Assembly: GCA_963777955.1 (NCBI GenBank)
Contig: CAVZSQ010000011.1
Coordinates: forward strand, 1-15,840
From: Calditrichia bacterium
GTDB taxonomy: Bacteria > Calditrichota > Calditrichia > JAJRVZ01
Length of the DNA: 15,840 bases
Direction of reading: 5' to 3'
The position numbers and the translations under genes were made by a program. Shown here piece by piece: positions 1 through 8,664 of this stretch; the first letter of the stretch is position 1, and each line of letters starts with the position of its first letter. Below the pieces are notes generated by a model, which saw nothing but the letters and a program-made list of their open reading frames with translations, searched no databases and was not told the origin of the DNA.

Positions 1-409
1 GAATGATTTATTAAGGATTTTCTGCCACTGAGGTTTCATGATCAGCGAATCCACCCATGATGTGAAGAGAGGAAATGGTAATTCATATTCCAGAATGTAA
101 GTCACTTTAGTTTGATTTCCCTGGACGGTAAAAATCCAATGAGTCTGGTGTGGCATTCCTTTAGTCGCCTGGCCATCCCAGCCGGCATTCGGCACAAAAT
201 TATGAATTTCTGTCTCAACCTCGGTATTAATACCCATCATTTTTACTTTGTAGGCATAACGAGCACCATTGCCGGTTAGGATTCCGCTGCACAGTCTAAA
301 ATCGGAAACCCCTTCAAACCAGTCTGCCCAATTCTGCCAATCAGAGACATATTTAAATACATCCGGCAATGGCACTAAGGATCAGAGCAGTAGTTTCAAT
401 TCGGGCCAT
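1..409 (-). CDS. SRPBCC (START-like/polyketide cyclase) family protein; 3' end runs off the window; one apparent indel near codon 11
   Basis: Absent from the ORF track. AGGGAG RBS then ATG at 409. Manual translation across one frameshift gives MARIETTALI-VPLPDVFKYVSDWQNWADWFEGVSDF...GNGARYAYKVKMMG...HWIFTVQGNQTKVTYILEYELP..., the typical SRPBCC pattern. Confidence 0.8.
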
Positions 410-485
410 TTTTTCTCCCTCAAAATTTGATAAATTATCTGTTTATACAGACTTAAATAACGAATAATTTAAATATTTCTATATA

Positions 486-1166
486 TCAGACTCTCTGATT
501 TTTGTCAGTGCGGGCTGATTGACCAATATCGGTATTCTCTAAAATCTTTTTATCATATCCTGCCATCGAAACCTGTATCATGGCCAGGCCCAAGAAGAAT
601 CCGCCATTGTGCAGACATATTTCGGGAAAAGAATTTCCCATAAGGGATAAAACTTGCCCAATATTCGTGACACGGTGAAAGCATTTTTCAATCCTTTGGT
701 GGGTTTGATGAATCCCGGTCTGAACATGTAAGCCGCTTTGAAGGAAGCCTTAACAAATCATTTTCCGTTTTTCCTTTCACTCTGGCCAGCTGAGACGTCC
801 CGTTCCGTACTGTCGGTTCCTGCTCCGGATACATAGCAGAAGGTCATATCCGGATTCAATTTTACTAAAGTATTAGCAGCCTGCATGGTGAGATCATAGG
901 TTATCCGCGAATATTCCTGTTCCTTCATTCCCAGCGAAAACACCAAGGCAGAAAAAACAGGCATTATAACCTTTTAACCGGTTTTCAATCAGCGTGTATT
1001 TAAAAAAATCGTTATGCAGCAATTCCTGCAGTTTGGGATGTTGCACCTGGCATGATCCTCGGCCAATCACCAGGACCGATTCCACCTCAGGATGTTGCAG
1101 GCATTCATGCAGAACACCTTCGCCTACCATACCTGTGGCGCCGAATATTATAGGTCTGATCTCCAT
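486..1166 (-). CDS. NAD(P)-binding Rossmann-fold epimerase/dehydratase-like protein (atypical SDR, TIP30/CC3-like), split by several indels
   Basis: Starts MEIRPIIFGATGMVGEGVLHECL (GxxGxxG). Continues through ORFs 894-1193 and 758-964 (YDLT...FCYVSGAGTDS), then WARVKGKTENDLL.LPFKAAYMFRPGFI, and ends ...GLAMIQVSMAGYDKKILENTDI...TGA at 486-488. Confidence 0.85.
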
Positions 1167-1699
1167 TATTTTTCTCTCCAAGCACATCTCCATAATATTT
1201 TTTTACGCAGTAGGGGCAAACGCCATGAGAGAAAGAAACAGGGCTGCGGGCCATGATGTACTTTTCTATCGGCTGCCATTGGTCCTTGTCATCGCGGATT
1301 TTCTTGCAAAAGGAGCAAACCGGCAGAAGTCCCTCTAAAAGTTGGACTTCTCTGTTTAACTTATGAGTCTGTCTGGCATCACGATCGATTATCAGTGCAA
1401 AACTGGCCAGTACCGCCATTTTGATTATAGTATTGAATACCGCTTCAAACAGCGTCCAAGGCACAGTCCATAAATCAATATTGAAGTACAGGCGGACTAA
1501 AGGCATGGTTACTGCTAATGATAACCCCCACCAGCGTCCGTTTATACCAGGAGGCCAGGGCGACAGGGATTAAATAGGAAATGGGGAATTGGATAAATGG
1601 TCCTGAAAAAAAATCGACCAGCAGAAGTATAATTGCAATTGCCAACCAATAGAGCAAATAAATTGGTTTGCTTTCATTAATAATTTTAAAAATTGTCAT
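1105..1699 (-). CDS. Membrane protein (about 4 TM helices) with C-terminal LPxCxxCKKIRD...FSHGxCPxC Cys4 domain; frameshift near 1520; true stop may lie near 1167
   Basis: ORFs 1475-1759 (from Met at 1699) and 1105-1506 join into hydrophobic helices followed by LEGLLPVCSFCKKIRDDKDQWQPIEKYIMARSPVSFSHGVCPYC. One more A in the run GAGAAAAATAATG would give a TAATG stop/start coupling with the next gene. Confidence 0.75.
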
Positions 1700-2312
1700 T
1701 TGATTCTCGTTTCTTGCATTTGATGATCCTGAAGATTTTGTTAGTTGTAGTCGATTCAAATGTTTTTATAAGATTCACTGTTAATCAGGGCGTTTATTCC
1801 GCCATTCTTAATATAGGACTTGAAATTAGTATAATGTTTCGGTCCTCCAAGTATTTCAAAAATCCGGACAATTAAACCATCCCAATTGTCAGGTAACGGA
1901 ACGGCGTAATCCAATATGATGACCTCACTGGCAATATTTTTCATCTCCTGTAAAACCAAACAACCTGAAGCGGATGGAAATTGGTGTAATCCCATTGAAA
2001 TGAGAACGGTGTCAAATTCATTTTGTTTAAAAGGAAATGTTTTAGTGGCATCTGCCTGCAGAAATTCGACATTCTTTATTAATTGTTTTTTTTTGGTTTT
2101 ATTGGCGATACTGATCATGGCAGCTGATTTATCAATCCCGACAACATGTTGTGCTTTCGCTGCGATCAGAAATGTTAAAGATCCTGTTCCACAGGCTACA
2201 TCCAGTACGGTTTGATTATTATTAATCAAAGATTGTACCTTGACGTGAACAGACTGCAATATCGGGTCGATCACAGTTTTATAAATAAAGCCTGTGATCG
2301 TAATATATTCAT
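1686..2312 (-). CDS. Class I SAM-dependent methyltransferase (UbiE-like); both ends probably affected by indels
   Basis: ORF 1756-2274 has motif I VLDVACGTG, then GIDKS, FDTVLISMGLHQ and IILDY. An ATG at 2312 overlaps the MFS stop (ATGA). Removing one A near 1765 extends the C-terminus to ...FRIIKCKKRESNDNF*. Confidence 0.85.
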
Positions 2313-3605
2313 GACGGATTTATTCTTTGTCCAGTTTCATCTTCTACGGTTAACTTCTTACCTTTTGTTTCCGGAAACATCCATATCCATATCCCGGTCA
2401 GCAGGGCAAACAGGGCAGCCAGGGAGATCCCGCCGCCTAAACCATATTTCGCCGCGATCATGGCAATAACCACCGGAGTGAAAAACTGCACACCACGGGC
2501 CAGGTTGAAAGCAGAGCCCATGGCGGTATTGCGGATGCCGGTAGGGAACAACTCGGAGAACAAAGGGCCATAACCGCCGAACATGCCCGTGCCGAATCCG
2601 ACCAGAAACATAAAGGCCAGGATTACCTGTGGTGTGGCCGCGATGAGATCCCACATGATCGTGATCATGATCAAGCCCAGGGCCATCACGAATGAATAGA
2701 TGGTATAGGCCGGCCGGCGCCCCAGACGATCAGCTACAAAACCGAAGGTAAAATAACCCAGGAAACCGCCGGTCTGGGTCACTAGCATCCACAGGGCCGA
2801 CTTGGCCATGGAGAATTCGCGCTGCTGATGCAGGTAGCCGGGCAGCCAGGAATAAGTAAACCAGTAGGCCGACATGTCGAAGATGGCCAGAACCAGGCAG
2901 AGCAGGAAAATTCTGCGGTAAGGCTGTGAAAAAAGCAGAAAAAAATTGTTCTGACGATCAGAAATAATTGCTGTGGCGGGCTGCTGAGCCAGGCGTTTTT
3001 TGCGTTCCAGCCACATATCGGACTCAGCCATGGATCTGCGGATGAACACGACCAGCAGTGCCGGCAGTACGGATATGAAAAAGCAGGCCCGCCAGCCGAT
3101 GGCTGGAGCCAGGAATCCGCCGATCACCGAGGCCAGGGCAATACCAACCGGAGCCCCGGTCTGCATATAGGCACCATACCGTCCGCGCATTTTGGGCGGA
3201 AAGGTCTCGCTGACATAGGTCTGTCCCGTACCCCATTCACCTCCGACTCCAAGCCCGGTAATAATTCTGAAGAACATCAACAGCCATAAATTACCGGCCA
3301 GTCCCGAAAGAAATGTTCCGATGCTATACGTTAAAATAGTCCATTGCAGTACACTTTTCCGTCCATAACGGTCGGAAAGCATGCCGAAAATCACCCCGCC
3401 TAGGGCCGTGGCGGCAAGCGAGGCACCGAGGACGTACGATACTTCAACGGCAGTAAGGCCAATCTTTACTGATCGGGATGAGCAGGAAGGTATAAAGAAT
3501 AAGATCGTAGAAATCGAACACCCAGCCGGCCCAACTCAGCAGCAATATACGGTAATGCTGTTTCGAAGGTTTATCTTGTTCGCTGAGCAATAGATTAGAT
3601 TGCAT
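2309..3605 (-). CDS. MFS transporter (NanT/sialate:H+ or aromatic acid:H+ symporter-like); one indel near 3460
   Basis: Rebuilt N-terminus MQSNLLLSEQDKPSKQHYRILLLSWAGWVFDFYDLILY joins ORF 2309-3394. Motif A GMLSDRYGRK, RIITGLGVGGEW, SETFPPKMRGR, GFVADRLGRR and terminal PETKGK are present. Confidence 0.92.
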
Positions 3606-3628
3606 AGCGTAAGTAAAAATTTAAAATT

Positions 3629-4395
3629 CTATAGAAAATATAGCAGAAATACTATTCCCAGGACAATCCGGTAGTAACCAAAAAATGCAAATCCGTATGT
3701 TTCGACAAACCAGATAAAAAGTTTTACAGCAATCCAGGCCGAGATAAAGGCAACCACACCGCCAAGTCCCAGCAGAATCCATTCCGGACCGGCTCACCTG
3801 TGCCGATGTTTTGAGCAAGTCATATCCGGTGGCAGCACACATGGTGGGCACGGCCAACAGGAATGAAAATTCCGTGGCCTGTTTTTTGTTGTATCCGTTG
3901 ACGACTCCACCGATAATCGTTGCCGCCGCCCGGGAGACACCCGGGATCACCGAAATACCCTGAAACAGACCAATGAAAAAAGCATTACGGTAAGGAATTT
4001 CTTCCAATTCCTTATGTTTCCTGGCTGTACTAACGAGCCACTTATCCAGAAGAATGGTGTTTTCCACCGATCACCAGGGCCACCGAAACTACAATCGTGT
4101 TAAACAGGTGCTCTTTAATAATTTTGTAGGATCAAAAACCAATTATCATGGTGGGAATAAATGCTATCGCCAGTTTTTTATAAATCATGAGATTGCTTAT
4201 AAATCTGCGGGCATAAAGAAATACAATCGCTAAAATAGCCCCGATTTGAATGCTGATCGTGAAGGTTTTGACAAATTCCGGATTTTGCAGTTTAAGCAGG
4301 GCTTCGGCCAGCAGCATATGCCCGGTAGACGAAATCGGCAGAAATTCGGTAAGACCTTCGATAATTCCTATTATTATCACATCAAGATAAGTCAT
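3629..4395 (-). CDS. uppP: Undecaprenyl-diphosphate phosphatase (BacA/UppP), split by indels
   Basis: Hallmark motifs GIIEGLTEFLPISSTGH, IQIGAILA, PGVSRAAATI and ATEFSFLLAVP. The corrected C-terminus reads FGYYRIVLGIVFLLYFL* with TAG at 3629-3631. Confidence 0.95.
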
Positions 4396-4569
4396 AAGTA
4401 ATAGTCCTCTGTAACAGCATTAGCATAAATTAAAATTCAGTTTACTTCTTGCTGTTATAAAAATCAAACTTATTTACACATAATCCGGTAGTCCAGCCAA
4501 TGGCTTTATTATCTCAGCGGATTAGATATACCTCAGGTGCTTATAAAAAAAGTTTTTCTATACTCTCCG

Positions 4570-5022
4570 TTAATCACCAGTGCTGAAGAGGAGTTCCTCG
4601 ACGAGTTTGCTGGCATCGCGGACACAGGGCAGGCAGACCTGGTTATGGAGGTCTTTTTCCTTGAATTGCTGTTTGCCCTCGGCTGTATTAAGATCACAAT
4701 CCAACAGTTCCCGGCAGGAAATTGTTCCGTGTAACTGCCGGAACTGATTGCTGAATTCCTGCACCAGGGCATAGGCGTTTTCCTTGCTGGCGGAGTCGGC
4801 AGAATCCACCATGCCATGCTTGCATCCTATCACCATAAAAGCGCCGGTAACGGCACCGCAGACATCCTGTAATCGACCCATGCCGCCGCCGAAACCCGTA
4901 GATATTCGCAAGGCATCTTCTTTCTTTATCTTTAATAACGGTGCATAGGTAGAAAAGACGGCCTGAGCACAGTTAAATCCTTGTTTGAAACAATCAGCGG
5001 CAATATCGATTCTCATTTTCAT
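4570..5022 (-). CDS. C-GCAxxG-C-C family putative redox-active protein
   Basis: Intact 150-aa ORF with FNCAQAV, GFGGGMG, VCGAVTGA, ISCRELL and C-terminal CLPC. AAGGA RBS upstream. Confidence 0.9.
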   Translation of the reverse strand: MKMRIDIAADCFKQGFNCAQAVFSTYAPLLKIKKEDALRISTGFGGGMGRLQDVCGAVTGAFMVIGCKHGMVDSADSASKENAYALVQEFSNQFRQLHGTISCRELLDCDLNTAEGKQQFKEKDLHNQVCLPCVRDASKLVEELLFSTGD

Positions 5023-5086
5023 TGAACATCCTTTATATTAATGGCTTTGTTATTTTATGGAGAATTCAACAATTGAATATTCAAAT

Positions 5087-5184
5087 TTCGTCTTTGGCGA
5101 CCTACCCCCACTTACGTGGGGTTGCACTTTAATTATCTGGCCAAAACTTGTTCCCGCACAAGCGGGGAACAGCAAAAAGGCGAA
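5087..5184. repeat. Multi-hairpin intergenic element (REP/MITE-like or structured RNA)
   Basis: CCCCAC-TTAC-GTGGGG (5106-5121) and TGTTCCCGC-ACAA-GCGGGGAACA (5149-5171), enclosed by TTTGGC/GCCAAA (5093-5098/5140-5145) and TTCGTCTTT/AAAGGCGAA (5087-5095/5176-5184). GC-rich island in AT-rich flanks. Confidence 0.5.
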
Positions 5185-5280
5185 TTAAAAAATTTGTTCA
5201 TATTTAAACAATATTAATATACAACTTAGTTCCAGCATACTATTGGGTGGTATTCTGATCTGCTGCTTTTGATCGCGATT

Positions 5281-5301
5281 AGGTGAGAGTGTCTCCCACC
5301 T
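5281..5301 (-). terminator. Hairpin about 30 nt after the SIMPL stop; possible terminator or stabilising stem
   Basis: Minus strand AGGTGGGAG-ACA-CTCTCACCT forms a 9-bp stem with one G-U pair. No U-tract follows, so it is not a canonical intrinsic terminator. Confidence 0.25.
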
Positions 5302-5332
5302 TGGAATTTGATTAATTAAACTCTTTATCAGT

Positions 5333-6121
5333 TTAAAACTTTATCTCAAATGATACCTGTACCTGACTGGTAATTGAAATTGTCTGAGCAAAAACTCCCG
5401 ATCCCTGGCTCTCGTAGACTTCCTGTTCCTTAGTAATCTCCGGTGATGAAGGGGGATTGAAAGGATTATCCGAGTATGGGTATCGTGACATTGCATAAAA
5501 AGCAGGTCGATAGTATCGAGGTACTTTTGTCCCAACCTTGGTTGGTTGCTTTTCCTCAATATTCATTACCCGGCCCAGGGTAACACCCAGGGCAGCAGCA
5601 ATATCTTCGCTTTTTCTTTACCTTTAAGTGTGGCCGCAATTCTGGCTTTTTCCGGCGACAGCCAACCTCGTCTTTCAGACTAAAACTGATATTGGATATA
5701 CCTTCCAGTTCTCCTTCACTGATCGTATACAAAATCGAATCCATTATCTTCAGGCTGTCTACCGTCACTTGTGTGACTAAAACTGCTCTGTAATCACGCT
5801 TGGAAGCCCAGAAGGGATTTTGTATCGCCCAGGTTTTCACCGCTATAAAACTGGGATGTTGATATTTTATCGGTTACCACGCCCAGACGATGTAATCGGT
5901 TTGTTATGGTCTTGACTTTGATGTTCGCATCTTTCACTGCCCGGCGTAATGAATGACCTACCCCCTTCACCGAGAAAGTGAAAGACGCCTGGTCTGCCAC
6001 TTCTTTCAATTCAACGCTACCCAAAACGGTGATTTGATTAGATTGGTTTTGATTTTCCTGTCCATGGATGGAAGCGACAAACAGGAAAAGAATAAAAATA
6101 ATAGATATCTTTTCGATTCAT
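5333..6121 (-). CDS. SIMPL (DUF541) domain exported protein, split by several indels
   Basis: AAGGAG RBS and ATG at 6121. Rebuilt signal peptide MNRKISIIFILFLFVASIHG, then ITVLGSVELKEVADQASFTFSVKG, ISNISFSLKD and terminal ITSQVQVSFEIKF across ORFs 5794-6024, 5556-5840 and 5333-5566. Confidence 0.85.
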
Positions 6122-6212
6122 TATTCTTTTCTCCTTCGTTTATTTAGAATGCTTTCACAAACGATCAATTAGAAAAATAAGAATTATAGTTCAATCAGTG
6201 GGCATGAGATTA

Positions 6213-6452
6213 ATCACCAGGCCACGATGGAATCGATTGGTTTAATCGCATCTTTATTGTTTATCCAGTTACCGTCGAGTTTAGTCCGCAGGCCAAGTTT
6301 TGCTAAGATTATGGCTGAATTTGCTGCTTCACCGCCGATTGAAGGTAGTGTTTATTTTATTTCGGCATTATTCATTCGGCCTGGGAAAAAAAGTCCCGGT
6401 TATGACTTGAGCCGTACTTGCCGAAATCATGCCATATAACTATGTCAGACAT
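6213..6452 (-). pseudogene. PfkB/ribokinase-family carbohydrate kinase remnant (N-terminus joined to a degenerate C-terminal signature)
   Basis: ATG at 6452, 4 nt after the upstream stop. Reads MSDIV..YGMISAS...PRPNE-AEIK*TLPSIGGEAANSAIILAKLGLRTKLDGNWI (PfkB signature 1, GGxxxNxAxxLAKLG), then IKPIDSIVA/GD (resembles DxxGAGD). In-frame TAA at 6352-6354. Confidence 0.7.
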
Positions 6453-6456
6453 AATA

Positions 6457-6979
6457 TCAAAACCAGGTGCTCTGACGATAGTGGGAATATTCTTCTCCGA
6501 ATGTTGCGACCAGATCATTATCCTCCAGGTGTTGCCAGTAAAGAACATTCGCGATTCCGATCAAGCCGGCCATGAAACTGGCCATTGCACCATTATAAAC
6601 CGACCAGCCAACGATCCATAGGATAAAACCCAGGTACGTGGGATGCCGGACAAACGCGAATAATCCTGTGGTTACCAGGTGATCTATATTTTCCACGCCC
6701 CTGAGTTGAAAGAGTGCACCCGGAGTTATCACCAATCCTAGAATAAATAAGCCAAAACCGCTGTACATCAGCCAGGAGGGCGATAAAGAATATGATCGGA
6801 TCCCGGGGACACATTTCAAACCAACTCATCCATAGTGCAAACATGGTAAACAGAATTACAATAAAAAGAGGCTTGCTCTTTGGGTCCGCTTTTCCGGCCT
6901 TTTTAAATAATTCGTAACTGGTGCGTATCAGCAGGCTGATGATAAAGAGAAATAATAGAACAACATAAGTGCAATTCAT
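6457..6979 (-). CDS. Isoprenylcysteine carboxyl methyltransferase / PEMT-family membrane protein; one indel near 6800
   Basis: ORFs 6593-6979 and 6457-6819 join. Motifs HLVTTGLFAFVRHPTYLG and EDNDLVATFGEEYSHYRQ are present. Confidence 0.9.
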
Positions 6980-7015
6980 GCAAGGCCGCCTTCGAAGAGT
7001 CTGTCTTCATGGTTA

Positions 7016-7526
7016 TTATATCATGTCTATTTTTAAATTCGTTTTTCTGATCCAGCGGGGAGCTGCATCGACAACCTGGCGAAGAATAAGATTCAGTTGT
7101 GCAGTATGGTGCTGTACATGACGCATATTATAGAGTAATAATTCGGCTACGGTCACTTCAGGCGCATCGAAGTCACAGCGCTCATTTACCTGCTTATCGG
7201 TCAATGCTTTAATCTTCCTCCGGCACTTCTGACGGCCATATTCAAGATACTTTTCCTCATTTCGTCTTTGCTATAAGCACGTTCGGGCATTATCCCGGCA
7301 GGGTCCAATTCATCAAGGGTATAAGGAGCAGGAGGAACGAATCCTGCTTCTGCTTCAGAGAGGTAAAAATCGAGATAGAACAGAGTATGGAATACAAGAT
7401 ACCACAACTCCGGCGACGTGATCGGTCGTACCACGATGCTTCGGGACATGCGCGCATGGCATTTTCCAGCATGTCAATTGCCGCTCCAAACTGCTGCCAG
7501 ATGATTGTTTTCCAGGTGCTAAACAT
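7016..7526 (-). CDS. DinB-family protein, split by two indels
   Basis: Joins ORFs 7290-7526, 7201-7449 and 7016-7204: WQQFGAAIDMLENAMRACP...WYLVFHTLFYLDFYL...ELLLYNMRHVQHHTAQLNLILRQ, with the DinB His triad. Confidence 0.9.
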
Positions 7527-7595
7527 TTATGACAACTCTGCTGATAAAAGACAGCGGGCTTATGGTTGTCCTGCGCTTAATAGGCTGTACCGGTT

Positions 7596-8160
7596 TCAAC
7601 GCGGCCATAACCAGCCAAATGTTCCTGCGGTCAGCAGGGCATAGATTAATCCGTCAACAGTTATCCTGAAGGTAGTACTCCAGGGCCGGCGGTACCAGAT
7701 CGACATCTGCCAGAGTGCGGCGGTATAACCGAGAAATGCGGTTGTACCGGCGAATCTGAAGACTGAAAGATAAGGGGAACCGACTTGCAGTGCGCGACCT
7801 GAGACATAACCGGTGAAAATGCCTATGACCACGGAATATAAAAACCCACAAGATCAATTCCTTGCTCATTCCGGCAGTCCCGCTCTGCCAGACCGAAAGC
7901 ATCAGTACCGGACCTTTTTTCATTTTTTCAAGGAATTCCGCCGTGGCCATTTCTTTGGTGCTGCAGGCACGCGGCACCATATAGTCCCCCTGAGGTATGT
8001 TGAGCGGACGAAGCGCATCCATTACTTTATCCTCGTCAGGTACTTTGCGATAATCGTTTTTATGCCAGGGTAAAAACATATGGATCAGTGAACTTACCAC
8101 AAAAACAAATAAGGCTGATATGAGGATGGGCAACCAAAGCATTTGCAATGTAACCATCAT
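7596..8160 (-). CDS. Conserved hypothetical multi-pass membrane protein (about 185 aa); one indel near 7840
   Basis: Strong AAGGAG RBS. ORFs 7654-8160 and 7596-7832 join: [30 protein letters not shown]...[35 protein letters not shown]. Confidence 0.8.
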
Positions 8161-8271
8161 TATTCTCCTTCTATTTATTGTTAAGGTCGCAGTTGATTAA
8201 TGCCTGAATACTGAAGTTATTCAGCTTTAAAATATCAACCATACAGCAGGAGAAATTATTCCGTATCGATT

Positions 8272-8289
8272 TATTGTTATTTAACAATA
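8272..8289. promoter_or_regulatory. Perfect 8-2-8 palindrome TATTGTTA-TT-TAACAATA; candidate operator
   Basis: Read directly from the sequence. It lies about 110 nt upstream of the membrane-protein gene, and a third half-site TATTGTTA is at 8176-8183. Confidence 0.35.
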
Positions 8290-8290
8290 T

Positions 8291-8653
8291 TTATTTTTCT
8301 CTTTGGGGGGAATTGTAACCTTTCCCGGCAAAGGGCTGAAGTTTCTCCAGCCACAATTCTTCCAGAACTTTTAAATCCCGGGTATAATCGTAAGCCGGAT
8401 CGTCTTTTTCCGGCAGATAATCGATTATTTCAAAAACGAAATTTGCCTCGCCGTATTTGATATAATCATCCTGCAAAGCTTTATTCTTATGTGAACCAAG
8501 TTTCAGTTGAAATTTATGGCGATTGCCGAAGACCTGCAGATTTTTGCTGCTGCCGATATATATCTTTTCGTTGATTAAATTCCTGATTTGATAAATCCCC
8601 ATCGGTGGGATTTTCTGCTTGTATTGCTTGCTTAATTCTTTGCGGTCGGTCAT
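8291..8653 (-). CDS. Stand-alone GIY-YIG nuclease-family protein (LuxR-like subgroup)
   Basis: Intact 120 aa with GIYQIRN...IYIGSS, RHKFQL..GSHKNKALQDDY..YGEANFVFEII, LEELWLEKLQPF..KGYN. Confidence 0.88.
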   Translation of the reverse strand: MTDRKELSKQYKQKIPPMGIYQIRNLINEKIYIGSSKNLQVFGNRHKFQLKLGSHKNKALQDDYIKYGEANFVFEIIDYLPEKDDPAYDYTRDLKVLEELWLEKLQPFAGKGYNSPQREK

Positions 8654-8664
8654 TTATTTATTTT

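Noticed and set aside
4570..5022. Selenocysteine recoding in the C-GCAxxG-C-C protein
   Set aside because: All motif positions are Cys codons and the ORF has no internal TGA.
5101..5175. Mini CRISPR array (hairpins resemble type I-E repeat cores)
   Set aside because: Only two non-identical palindromes about 47 nt apart, which is shorter than a I-E repeat plus spacer. No third copy and no cas genes.
5190..5330. Further coding remnant downstream of SIMPL (KVGDTLT / NRDQKQQIRIPPNS)
   Set aside because: Too short and broken, with no start signal and no family motif I can defend without a search.
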